In this document: piece after piece, positions 25,694 to 36,372 of the stretch
Layout: every line of letters starts with the position of its first letter
Numbering within the stretch: the first letter of the stretch is position 1
Assembly (NCBI GenBank): GCA_964658305.1
Contig: OZ210885.1
Coordinates: 8,432,001 to 8,496,000 of the forward strand
From: Leptogorgia sarmentosa
Taxonomy: Eukaryota
DNA: 64,000 nt
Direction of reading: 5' to 3'
Notes under the pieces: generated by a model
Told to the model about the DNA's origin: nothing
The model's input: only the letters and a program-made list of their open reading frames with translations
Databases searched by the model: none
Made by a program: the position numbers and the translations under genes

Positions 25694-25765
25694 GGGCTTG
25701 CACGGGAATCGAACACGTGATCTCTCGCACCCAAAGCGAGAATCATACCACTAGACCAGCAAGCC
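25694..25765 (-). tRNA. tRNA-Pro(TGG), one T-stem mismatch
   Basis: GGCTTGCTGGTCTAGTGGTATGATTCTCGCTTTGGGTGCGAG...GCAAGCCC. Confidence 0.85.
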
Positions 25766-26278
25766 ATTGATGGTATCAAAAAGTTCGCTAATGTACTTTG
25801 TAGTGACGAAGAAAAGTCTGGGATTAATGTAATATCTCGGCAGAGCCTATATCAAACAGGCGAATTAAAACATTGTATAAGGTAGTGAATTATATTACAT
25901 TTCTCTTGCACTGTCCATTTTGCGTGTCATATTTAGTTGAAAAAAATAATCGGGGAAGAACAATTGATGCGAAGGTGAATTTCTTATTTTAGTTACAAAA
26001 GCGATCCTGTGTTACAGAAGTTCTTTAACGAAGGAAATTAGAAAACATTGAAAAGTTATAAAGAATTTGGAAACCAATGCAAAAAGTCTGTCCATCATGA
26101 AATGGTTTGTGGGAATCAAATAGTTTTGGGCAAAGGAGGATGATATCATAAAATATCAATTTTACTCTTGTTCAATCATGGATATAATTACGAATTTTTC
26201 GATATTTGCTTGAAAGGCTTCAGCTTGTGAAACTTATATCAGCTCAATAAACGAATAGAGCCATGAACAACGAAAATT

Positions 26279-26373
26279 TGGCAGCGGTGGGATACGAACC
26301 CACGTCATCGAAACGACTGGTGCCTGAGACCAGCGCCTGAGACCAGCGCCTTAGACCACTCGGCCACGCTACT
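26279..26373 (-). pseudogene. tRNA-Leu(CAG) with a 13-nt tandem duplication in the anticodon arm
   Basis: GTAGCGTGGCCGAGTGGTCTAAG-(GCGCTGGTCTCAG)x2-GCACCAG; long variable arm; A1:C72 mismatch; TTCGTAT T-loop. Confidence 0.8.
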
Positions 26374-26491
26374 TGGATACATGATTCGTGTTCAGTAAAT
26401 ATCCACGTTCGCCATTGAAGAGTGTTCCTTTTGCTGTGAAAGAAAGAAAGAAACGTTAAAGAATTGGGAAACTTTGTCAAGATTGTGTTAA

Positions 26492-26563
26492 GGTTCTGTG
26501 GTGTAATGGTTAGCACTTTGGACTTTGAATCCAGCGATCCGAGTTCAAGTCTCGGCAGAACCT
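26492..26563 (+). tRNA. tRNA-Gln(TTG)
   Basis: GGTTCTGTGGTGTAATGGTTAGCAC-TTGGA-CTTTGAA-TCCAG...CAGAACCT. Confidence 0.9.
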
Positions 26564-27044
26564 ATTTTGACATTTGAATATCTTAAAAATGCTGCGAGTT
26601 TTATTACCTTTCTCTTCCGCCTTCCTTTTTTTATCCAGAGTTAATTGAAACAAATTGATCCAAGAACGAAATTAATGCGAAATGGAAATTGTAAAATTAA
26701 TTCCTAAAGGGATATTCTGTTAAAAGCTCATTTTCCCAATAAAATTATAAAGAGTAGAAATCAAGAATTTATAAACCAATGCAAAAACCCTGTCCACCAT
26801 CAAATAGTTTGCGGCCGTCAAATAGTTTTCATAAGTGACGGTTATATCAGGAAATATTAATTTTACTTTCCTGGATAAAATTTATATGTCTTTGTTACAA
26901 ACCTACGTTTTTCTCGTGTTGCATTTGAATTTTAAACTCGTCAGAATGATAATATTCTGCGTTAGCAGGGAATCTAATCCCAGTCTCGGGCGAGATTGAA
27001 TATGTGAAGACAAACTGTTCCAAAATAGAAATTGTCGGAAAAAT

Positions 27045-27121
27045 TTCCCACGCCGGGAATCGAACCCGGAACCCGCCATGGCGGTGAAAACGCCAGATCC
27101 TAACCACTAGACCACATGGGA
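27045..27121 (-). pseudogene. tRNA-Glu(TTC) with duplicated CGGGTTC (net +5 nt)
   Basis: TCCCATG...TGGCG-TTTTCAC-CGCCA-TGG-CGGGTTC-CGGGTTC-GATTCC versus intact body at 30900. Confidence 0.8.
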
Positions 27122-27205
27122 GTTGCAATATCACGATCATGTCTGTGTTACGAACCCACATTTTTTCTCGAGTTGCAATTGAAATGAAACAAAATGAGAA
27201 CATTC

Positions 27206-27276
27206 TGCGTTTGCTGTGAATCAACCCCCGGTCTCAAGGGTGGCAGGCGAGAATTCTACCGCTGAACCACCAACGC
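27206..27276 (-). pseudogene. tRNA-Gly(GCC) pseudogene
   Basis: GCGTTGGTGGTTCAGCGGTAGAATTCTCGCCTGCCAC...; anticodon and T stems broken. Confidence 0.75.
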
Positions 27277-27599
27277 AAAGTTGACGCCCTTGTCTGGAGG
27301 TAAAATGTGGCTTCAGGCAAATTCAGGCTTGTTCCTGCACAGGTAGGTAGCAATCTATATATTTTAGTTCAAGTTTCATATCTTTCCACCATTTCATTAC
27401 GTTAGGAAAAAAAATAAGTATTGCTAACAGAATGGTTTCGAGTGGAATTCGGAATTAACTTGCACGAGTGAGTTTTGCAAAGACCTCAAAATAGAAAGTT
27501 TCTACTGTTCAGAGTGTAGCGATGAGAGTGTGTAGGTCAGTTGGAGATCGATGTGAATGTTCATTAATGAACAACGTTAAACCGGTTGGTTGTAGCAAC

Positions 27600-27681
27600 G
27601 TAGTCGTGGCCGAGCGGTTAAGTCGACAGACTAGAAATCTGTTGGGAGTTTCCCGCGCAGGTTCAAATCCTGCCGACTACG
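27600..27681 (+). tRNA. tRNA-Ser(AGA)
   Basis: GTAGTCGTGGCCGAGCGG...ACAGA-CTAGAAA-TCTGT; long variable arm; one D-stem variant relative to 31486. Confidence 0.88.
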
Positions 27682-27689
27682 TTATGCAA

Positions 27690-28015
27690 CAGGGATTATT
27701 CTAAGGAAATTTTATCACTGCACAAAAGCACAAAAAAATATAAAAATATGTGAATATAAAGTTGTATTGGAAAAGGTCTGACTGCCCAATTCAGAACATC
27801 AAACTGTTTCCTATTTTCCTATTTAGCTTATTGCTAAAATATGTAAAGTTATGAAACTATTGCTGTTGTATATGCTTAAAGTTATTCCCAAATTCTAATA
27901 AATGATGAATAACATTTTATATTTTTATTCACTGCACAAAATGTATTTTATCACTGCACAATTCTCATTTATCATTGCACAAATTGGTTATCACTGCACC
28001 TTAGAATAATCCCTG
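27690..28015. mobile_element. hAT-like MITE
   Basis: Perfect 17-bp TIR CAGGGATTATTCTAAGG; ~8-bp TSD ttatgcaa (right copy has +2 nt); repeated tcactgcac subterminal motif; absent at paralogous site ~31575. Confidence 0.88.
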
Positions 28016-28116
28016 TAATATGCAAAGTCTTTAACATTTTGGCCTCGAAGATAAACATGAATTGTTTTGGGGAAAAACTCGATGACAGGAAGTTGTGTTC
28101 TCGGTGGTGGCGGCTG

Positions 28117-28387
28117 GCAGAAATTTTTTTGGGGAAATTTTTTAGAAATTTTTTCTAAAGGTTTTTACCGCCAAATTTGTCGAGCTTCGTTAGCTCAGAC
28201 GATATGGTCACTCCTCGCCAGTGGCAACCCTCTCAGCATTTTGTTGTTAGGGTCAGAATTACTGTTTGGGCCAGGATTAGAAAAAGAAAAAGAAAAAGAA
28301 AAGACAATATTTTCTGTTTTAATAAATTCAAAATTGGATCAGTGCTTGGTGACCAAGCCGCGAAGTGATCCCCAAAAAATTTTCTGC
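28117..28387. mobile_element. MITE with 9-bp TSD (Mutator-like by TSD length)
   Basis: TGGCGGCTG|GCAGAAATTTTTTTGGGGA...TCCCCAAAAAATTTTCTGC|TGGCGGCTG; empty paralogous site at ~31659. Confidence 0.8.
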
Positions 28388-28675
28388 TGGCGGCTGAGTG
28401 TTTAAAGTCACAGATTCAATGCCTAAATTTTCCATCTACAAAACAACGGAAAGAAGTCGCGTTTTTTATTTGTATTAAGACTATGAAACATCCCAAGAAA
28501 GATTTTGTATTTGAATGTAAAATTGATAAACAGAGGTCCGTGAATTGATTATAGCTGCGTTTCAAAGCATATGTACCTAATTAACCTAGTCGACTACAAC
28601 GGGAGTGTAGAAAAATGGGGGATTAATGTAATATCTCTGTCGTTCCAAAACACTTTCCAACCTTCCAACGACGTC

Positions 28676-28747
28676 GCCGTGATCGTATAGTGGTTAGCAC
28701 ATTGCGTTGTGGCCGCAATAACCCAGGTTCGAATCCTGGTCACGGCA
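28676..28747 (+). tRNA. tRNA-His(GTG)
   Basis: Near-identical to 25269-25340. Confidence 0.92.
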
Positions 28748-28914
28748 TCTGTTTCTAACACCAAAAGGCATTGTAATCACAATTGCGGACATCGTCACCG
28801 TTGAAGTTCTGTTTATTGTTGCCGTTGCATATGGCCTTGGCTAAAAATCAGATTTTGAACAAAAATAATATCCATTATTTTTTGTTTCTTTTCGGAAGGT
28901 TTTCAATGGAGTCG

Positions 28915-28920
28915 GTCTCT

Positions 28921-28960
<40 letters not shown>

Positions 28961-28988
28961 TTTGTTGGTTCGAGTCCAACCAGGGACG
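28915..28988 (+). tRNA. tRNA-Asn(GTT)
   Basis: GTCTCTGTGGCGCAATCGGTTAGCGCG-TTCGG-CTGTTAA-CCGAA...CAGGGACG. Confidence 0.9.
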
Positions 28989-29058
28989 TGTTTGGGCGGG
29001 GTTTTCTAAGGATTTACGAAAGCTTTCAAAAAATAAAACGTCTTACTTGGTTAATTAA

Positions 29059-29104
29059 GGGCTTGCATGGGATTCAAACCCGTGACCTCTGGCACCCAAA
29101 GCGA
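29059..29104 (-). pseudogene. 5'-truncated tRNA-Pro fragment
   Basis: Only the 3' half matches 25694-25765. Confidence 0.75.
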
Positions 29105-29582
29105 AAATCAATAGTTAATATAAATTTCAAAGGTTTACGTTTCTTATTTGGGAAAACTCGTAATTTCATCCATAACGGGAAAAAAGTAAAATTAATATTT
29201 TCCGATATCAACCTCTTTTACGTGTTGGCACGATTTATAAAGAATTAATTCCAGCAACAAAATATTCAGGAATAATGCCCACAAATTGATTCATAATGTA
29301 CATAATTATTATTAGTTTTGTATCGTTTTTTAAATTCTTGATTTTAAGTCCTTGATTTTATTATTGGGTAAAGGAGCTTTTAACAGAGTATGCCTTTATG
29401 GCCCGGTATTTCACCGCCATGGGCCGGGGCCAATTCCCGTACTATCACGTGTTTATAATAAAATAATTTCAATTCAAAAATTTTGTTTCAGGTCACACTT
29501 CCCATACAATCTCGAGAGTTAACCGCATACGTTGTAACCAATTACAAAAAAGGAAATGGATGAACACTTATTCACAAACCCT

Positions 29583-29653
29583 TTTGAATTCTGGACCCCC
29601 GGTTTCCTAGCTGTTTTATTAGACCAGTGCTCTAACCCCTGAGCTAAAGAGGC
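29583..29653 (-). pseudogene. tRNA-Thr-derived pseudogene with an insertion in the anticodon loop
   Basis: GCCTCTTTAGCTCAGGGGTTAGAGCACTGGTCT, ~12 extra nt, 3' acceptor strand lost. Confidence 0.7.
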
Positions 29654-29869
29654 AACTTCTTCCCCCTTGAAACTCAGAATGTAAATCCAATTACGAAGTT
29701 AATTAAACTTAAATTCCCGTATTATCACGTGTTTTCATGAAATAGACTCACTTGAAAAATTTTGTTTCTGGTCACACTTATACAATCTGGAGAGTTAACT
29801 GCATACCTTGTAACCAATTACAAAAAGGAAATGGATGAATTCTTAATCACAATGAATACTTATTCACAC

Positions 29870-29948
29870 AGCCTCATCAGAGAATTGAACTCTGGACCCC
29901 TGGTTTACGAAACCGAAACCAGTGCTCTAACCCCTGAGCTAATGAGGC
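29870..29948 (-). pseudogene. tRNA-Thr(CGT) with a 6-nt tandem duplication
   Basis: CACT-GGTTTC-GGTTTC-GTAAACCAG in an otherwise intact body. Confidence 0.8.
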
Positions 29949-30097
29949 GACATGCTAAAATCTTCCTGGCATGTTTTTCCAACATAGTACTCTTCCAATA
30001 GCTTTTTTATTTCATCAGTTTTAACTCACTGAACAGCACATGGAATACAATCTGGGCGTTTGTCTTCCACGTTCTGCCAAATTTCCGAAGAAAATAA

Positions 30098-30170
30098 AGC
30101 CTCATCAGAGATTTGAACTCTAGACCCCTGGTTTACTAGACCAGTGTTCTAACCCCGGAGCTAATGAGGC
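30098..30170 (-). tRNA. tRNA-Thr(AGT), D-arm variants
   Basis: GCCTCAT...CTGGT-CTAGTAA-ACCAG...ATGAGGCT. Confidence 0.75.
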
Positions 30171-30410
30171 AACTCAAAAACTTGCTGTAGAATTATATTA
30201 CTTTCCCATCCTGCACTGATGTGATGTTTCAAAATGGTAAAAATAAGAGTGATGATTATGCACTTGGTTTCATTCTTTGTAAAACGTTACCATTTAGTCT
30301 TTGATTGATTTATAATATCGAATATATTTCAAGCTAGTAAGCTGTACTCTGAGTTCCACTTTAAAATAAATTCGCATTCCCAAAACTAACTTTTTGGTAA
30401 GGATACATTG

Positions 30411-30483
30411 AGCCTCATCAGAGATTTGAACTCTGGTCCCCTGGTTTACAAGACAAGTGCTCTAACCACTGAGCGAATGAGGC
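30411..30483 (-). tRNA. tRNA-Thr(TGT), anticodon-stem mismatch
   Basis: GCCTCAT...CTTGT-CTTGTAA-ACCAG...ATGAGGCT. Confidence 0.72.
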
Positions 30484-30730
30484 AAATTCTTCACATTGAA
30501 ACTCAGAATATAAATCCAATTACGGCATTAATTGCCTATATAATCAGAGGCCAGTTGTACGAAATTCGGATATCAACTTTATCCACTTGATAGTGATTTT
30601 TTCAACAGTTGTAAAAATAGACAAAATGTTGTAAAACTGCACATATGGGCGTGCCAATCAATAAATGAAGCAGCTTGTGTTCACATTTTCAAACTCGTTC
30701 TCTGAAACGAAACCATTTTAACAGCGCTTC

Positions 30731-30803
30731 GACCTTGTGGCGCAATTGGTAGCGCGTCTGACTCCAGATCAGAAGGTTAAGTGTTCAATTCACTTCAAGG
30801 TCA
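30731..30803 (+). tRNA. tRNA-Trp(CCA)
   Basis: GACCTTG...TCTGA-CTCCAGA-TCAGA...AAGTG-TTCAATT-CACTT-CAAGGTCA; intact. Confidence 0.92.
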
Positions 30804-30899
30804 AGCACTTTTGGCCACGCTGTCTCTCGAAATTTTCTACCAAATTCAAATTAAAAATATTATCGTTATTTTCACATTCCGAGAACAGATAAATGTTTC

Positions 30900-30971
30900 T
30901 CCCATGTGGTCCAGTGGTCAGGATCTGGCGCTCTCACCGCCAAGGCCCGGGTTCGATTCCCGGCATGGGAA
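30900..30971 (+). tRNA. tRNA-Glu(CTC)
   Basis: TCCCATG...TGGCG-CTCTCAC-CGCCA...CATGGGAA. Confidence 0.9.
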
Positions 30972-31267
30972 TAATACTTGCGAGAGAAGGAAAAAAATGT
31001 GCAATTCGAGAAATTAGCAAAACCATTGCTATTATACTAGCTCTATCCCTCTTACCCGTTCTTTTGGTGTTTTCTGTATTTAAGTCTTTGTTGACATGAT
31101 ATAGCTTGCTTTTCCACACAAAAAAATAGATTTTACTGATCATGTTTAAAGTGTAACAATTTCCTAAAACATACTCTTATCTATCACATTTGAAAGTGTT
31201 TAGTGAAAATGATGGGCATCTTGAATTGTGGAATATGAACATTATAACGAAAACGTTGGGCAACTTT

Positions 31268-31349
31268 GCGTTGGTGGTTCAGTGGTAGAATTATCGCCTG
31301 CCTCGGCCTGCCACGCGGGAGACCGGGGTTCGATTCCCCCGCTAACACA
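31268..31349 (+). pseudogene. tRNA-Gly(GCC) with a ~10-nt duplication in the anticodon arm
   Basis: TCGCCTGCC-TCGGCCTGCC-ACGCGGG. Confidence 0.78.
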
Positions 31350-31485
31350 GATTATTTTCATTTTTTCATCCACTTTATTCCCAAGCAACCTTGGGCCTAC
31401 GTCCCACGCGGTCACCTCAGAGTGTAGGTCAGTTGTAGATGTCAATGTTTAGTTGAACAACGTGAAACAGGTTGGTTGTAGCAAC

Positions 31486-31567
31486 GTAGTCGTGGCCGAG
31501 CGGTTAAGGCGACAGACTAGAAATCTGTTGGGAGTTTCCCGCGCAGGTTCAAATCCTGCCGACTACG
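31486..31567 (+). tRNA. tRNA-Ser(AGA)
   Basis: Intact cloverleaf with long variable arm. Confidence 0.93.
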
Positions 31568-31881
31568 TTATGCAAAGTCTTCAACACTTTGGCCTCAATA
31601 TGTAAACATGATTTTTTTGGGGGAAAAACTCGAGGAGAGGAAGTTCTGTTCTCGGTGGTGGCGGTTGAGTGTTTAAAGTGACAGATTCAATGTACAAGTT
31701 TTCCATCCACAAATTCAACGGAAAGAAGTCGCGTTTTTTATTGTATTAAGGTTATGAAACATGCCAAGAAAAATTTTTATATAGAAGTATTTGAATATAA
31801 AATAGAAAAAACAGAAGTCCGGGAATTGATTATAGCTGCGTTTGAAAGTGTATGTACGTAATTAACCTGGTAGAGAACACA

Positions 31882-31952
31882 GGTAGTGTAGCTCAGTGGT
31901 AGAGCATTCGCTGCCGATCGAAAGGTCGGTGGTTCAAATCCGCCTGCTCCTT
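31882..31952 (+). pseudogene. tRNA-Cys-type body with GCC anticodon and a 1-nt stem deletion
   Basis: GTGTAGCTCAGTGGTAGAGCATTCG-CTGCCGA-TCGAAAGGTC...; Cys-like frame (CTGCAGA expected). Confidence 0.65.
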
Positions 31953-32199
31953 CTTATCATACATATAAACTGTAAAACTTTCCAATTCTTTAAAGCATGC
32001 AGGCAGATGGGAAATATGCGACCCAAAGAGTTGAGATGCATATACTACGATTCGTGTTAAATCTATCAACCAATACTTGAAAACGATTACTAAAATATTT
32101 TGTTGGATTTTACTGGCAAATTGAAAATTTATTCATTTCAAATCTGTCAAATCTGTTGGGAAATTTATATTTCTTTTCGGAAGGTTTTCGATGGAGTCA

Positions 32200-32205
32200 G
32201 TCTCT

Positions 32206-32249
<44 letters not shown>

Positions 32250-32273
32250 TTGGTTCGAGTCCAACCAGGGACG
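32200..32273 (+). tRNA. tRNA-Asn(GTT)
   Basis: Intact cloverleaf. Confidence 0.93.
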
Positions 32274-32395
32274 TGTTTGGTGTGATGTTATTCAGACGTC
32301 GTGACGGCAAATGTAACCGAATTTTTTGCGTGGTGTTTTCCAAGGATTTACGGAAGTTTTCAAAAAACAGAACATCTTACTTGGTTAATTAACTA

Positions 32396-32467
32396 GGGCA
32401 TGCACGGGAATCGAACCCGTGACCTCTCGCACCCAAAGCGAGAATCATACCACTAGACCAGCAAGCC
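32396..32467 (-). tRNA. tRNA-Pro(TGG), one acceptor-stem mismatch
   Basis: Paralog of 25694-25765. Confidence 0.85.
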
Positions 32468-32543
32468 ATTGATGTATCAAAATGTTTTCTAATGTACTTT
32501 GTACTGACGGAGAAAAATGGGGGATTATTAATGTAATATCTTA

Positions 32544-32612
32544 GCCGTTCCATAGAGGTTAGTACATTGCGTTGTGGCCGCAATAACCCAGGTTCGAATC
32601 CTGGTCTCGGCA
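32544..32612 (+). pseudogene. tRNA-His pseudogene
   Basis: 5' stem and A box scrambled; 3' two-thirds match the His copies. Confidence 0.78.
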
Positions 32613-32779
32613 TCTGATTCAAACAGCAAAAGTATTGTAATTACGATTACGGACATCGTCACCGCTGAAGTTCTGTTTATTATTGCCGTTGGATGTGGCC
32701 TTGGCAAAAAATCAGATTTTGACCAAAAATAATATCTATTATTTTTATATTTCTTTTCGGAAGGTTTTCAATGGAGTCG

Positions 32780-32826
32780 GTCTCTGTGGCGCAATCAGCT
32801 AGCGCGTTCGAGTCCAACCAGGGACG
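32780..32826 (+). pseudogene. tRNA-Asn with the anticodon arm deleted
   Basis: 27-nt deletion joining two GTTCG motifs. Confidence 0.8.
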
Positions 32827-33382
32827 TGTTTGGTATGTTCAGACGTCGTGATGGTAAATGTAAGCATATTTTTGCGCGGGGTTTTGATTTTATTCAGTTG
32901 GGTCTAAACGAAATTTTACTTTAATGATGCCAAAATATTCCACAAAATACGACAACTTTTGAAAAGCATTTGATTTCGCTATTCTTCGAAAAAGTATATA
33001 GAATTTATAATTTCCAATTCATATTTTATTTGTGCCGTTTTTCACCTGGCAATTTTAGATTCTCCAACATTGGGCGAGATATTCAACTCAGCCCGAGATT
33101 GCCCTGATGTTGTTGATAAATTAGCTGGAGCAAAAGATGGATCTTGCTGGATCCTTCGGAAGAACCCACAAGGTACAAGCTCATGCTTCCGAAGCTGAAA
33201 TCTACGTAATGAATCTTGCAAATAGTTTTTTAAAATTATTTTAATTAGGTTTGGTGTTATATTCACACAGACCAAGGTGTATTAATTTGTGTTGGTTGGA
33301 ATGAAGAATAGTCCAGTAAGTTGGACAGTCAAATCCGATTCGTCCCCGGTTGACCCACAAGGACCGCCACACTGGGAGATAT

Positions 33383-33723
33383 CCAATCTCGTACCCTGAG
33401 CCTGCGATCTTCGTTTGGAAGAGTCGAACGCTCTGGGATAATCCATGGGGCGAGGGCAGATTTCTGTACGTCGACTGTACGTTAAATATCATTGAACATT
33501 TGGTTTGTATAGGTTTTGAAGCTTTTGTCAACTGTATATTGTATTGTATTTAATTGCAACAGTGTCAAAACTTCTTATCACACTCCTATTTCGGCCGCTA
33601 TTGTTCTTTATTATTGCGAAATAACAACAGCCAACAGCCAATCAGATTCGCGCAAATACATGGATTATCCCAGAGCCTTCGACTCTTCCAAACGAAGATT
33701 GCAGGCTCAGGGTACGAGATTAG
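33383..33723. mobile_element. MITE with ~63-bp TIRs
   Basis: aatctcgtaccctgagcctgc...gggataatccatg and its reverse complement; flanks gagatat/gcgatat. Confidence 0.85.
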
Positions 33724-33754
33724 GCGATATCAAAGTTCCTGATTTTAGAGTCCA

Positions 33755-33995
33755 GGGGTCGGTTGTTCGTAGCCCGTTTAGGTTATACGGCGGATAAGTC
33801 AATTTTAAATTGCACTCCCAATCGCCTTGTGAGTAAATGAACATAAATTTTAAGCACTAAATATATAGTTGTATACATAAATGTTCCTTTCAGATTGAAA
33901 GATTTTATTTTGATCGTTCGATGAATACATAGTCTTGTTTGATATTCTGGACTTATCCGCCGTTTAAGCTAAACGGCGTACGAACAACCGGCCCC
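33755..33995. mobile_element. Harbinger-like MITE with ~45-bp TIRs
   Basis: ggggtcggttgttcgta...ggcggataagtc / gacttatccgcc...tacgaacaaccggcccc. Confidence 0.8.
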
Positions 33996-36372
33996 ATGTC
34001 TCAACAAACAAAAGTTTTGATGACACAAGAGCAGATTGGTAAGAATACACAAACTAATAATTTCTTGTTAACCATGCGCAAAGTCAGCACCGAGCTCGTC
34101 TTTTGTACCGACAGTGCACGTAGTGCGAGTTATAACAGGAAAATGATTATCTCATACGAACATATGATTGAACTTTAACACTTGCTATCATATCAGCAAC
34201 TTTACAATAAAGAATACCGAATGGTTTTCCGTGCAGGATTGCGTCATCCATGCACGTGGGATGTGGCGACTTTCGGAAAGCGTAAAAAATCACGAGCCGC
34301 AGGCGAGTCACTTTCCAAAACTCAAGCCACATCCCAAGTGCACTATAACGCAATCCTGCACGGAAAAATCATTTGGTAATTGTTTTATAAAATAACTACA
34401 GTGAAACAAGGGAAAACGTTAATTTATTTTCCATAAATACGAAAACCCTTGTTTGTTGTTTTCGATAGCAATCAAATTTTCGTATCTTTCTTTTATTTTA
34501 TTGCCGACATTTTAAAAATCCCGTGACTCGTGAGGATTATGCTCGTGAGTAAGCATTCAGAATTTTTCAATCAGGATACCTGTGCAGGATTGTCTGATCC
34601 TGCAAGGCTATTGACCAATCAAATTGCGTGTTTCACTGAAAAAAATTTGAACGATGAGCATGGTGACGTTATAACGTGCTCAATAAGAGCAGAACTGAAT
34701 CATTAGACACTCGAAATATTTTCTTGTCAACAGAGATAACTTTTCTCATATGAAGAGTCCCTTAGTCTGCAAACAAACTTATAAGGATCGATGGTCCAAT
34801 GTTGTATCTGTAAAACACTGCTGAAATGAAAATATTTTAGAAAATACGACTAAGAGATAATGACGTCTGAAGTACAGTAAAGTTTGCTGATAATGCTGTA
34901 AATGTGACACCATTGCAAACATCATTGGTAATTTTACTTTTATTGACAAATATTCTACAATAATTCCATAGTTGTAAACTATAAAAATTTACACTAAAGC
35001 TAAAACAAAGTGATTTTCAAATATATGTACAGTTGCCTCTTAAATTAATTAAATTGCTAAACATTTGCAGATATTTTCACTGTTTAATTTATTCCGTGGC
35101 AGAACCACACAGCTAATTCCTGCGGGAGCGAGAGATCGAGGAGAGACGGAAAATTTTAGTGGCAAACTATTTTAACTATCTTATACGTTTATTATACCGT
35201 CATTGAGAATTAAGAGAAAATTCTTAGCGTGACGTTTTATCAATAATTATTTGCAGCATGGACTGAATAAGAATGTTTGTAGTAAGACAGGTGAATTCAA
35301 AACAGGCAGAGTCCCACTAAAAATTTTCCCTTCCATCCCATTCCCCCTCCTGGACAGGTACAGTACGTGACGTCCACTAATAAGTTAATCACGTGTGCTA
35401 AATCACGTGTGTGTCCTGGGGGGATCCCCCCATTCCTGGCTTGAAGGGACGACTATATGACTGTGTTACATCACGTACTTGTCCCACACTGTTTACGGTT
35501 TCCCGTTTTCTTTTACTTGTGACAATAATCATTATAAATGTCCTACAGCAATATAATACTTAATGGTAGCAAATTTTCACTCGTACACCTGAATGACGTT
35601 ACCAAAGAGGTAGAATTAAGACTGTAATTGGAATTGGAAAGTTTGTGTAGTATTAGAGTGTGCGGTATTTGTATAAGCGTTGTGTCGAAGACTCGAAGTC
35701 CTGCATGTGTGATTGTGTCGTGTGCACTAATCTGCAGGATTTTAACAAATTAAATGTACAGCCAGGGGTCATCGCAAACTGTTGTCAAATCTCTATTATG
35801 TCCACGAAAGTGGGCATAAAATGGAACTCATTGCGACTTTTCATTTGTTTTTCAATTGTTTTTCTATTTCGGGACAAATATGGCGCCCATTATGCAACTT
35901 TGGCGCCCCATAAAAAAGTTCACTGGGGGGGGGGGGCATGGACCCCCCCCCCCTGCCAGCACGCCACTGCTTACAACTAATCTGAAGACGTGCCTACATC
36001 CCTATTGGAGTACTTGTATGGAATACTTGAATACTCTCTACTGGAGAAAGAAGGATGTAGGACTGTTTTCAACACTAGGAACACCAAAAGCCGTCATCGC
36101 CCCCAATCTTTGGAATGCATTGTCGCCATTATTACTTAAATTCCACTATTGCTTAATAATTTCACTGGAACATTGAAGCATTTTTCAATATATATACTTC
36201 TGAGATTCCCGAAATACCTGGAATGGTGTTTATTTTGGTAAAAAAATAGTGATAATCGAATATTAGTATAGAGTCTTACTCACTACAAGAGATAATGATA
36301 TTGCTACTCCACATATCCATATTTCCACGTTTAATATTCATTTCAGACAATGTTGCAATTTCTCTGAAGTCT

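Noticed and set aside
25085..32622. ORFs overlapping the tRNA cluster
   Set aside because: Chance frames through GC-rich tRNA sequences
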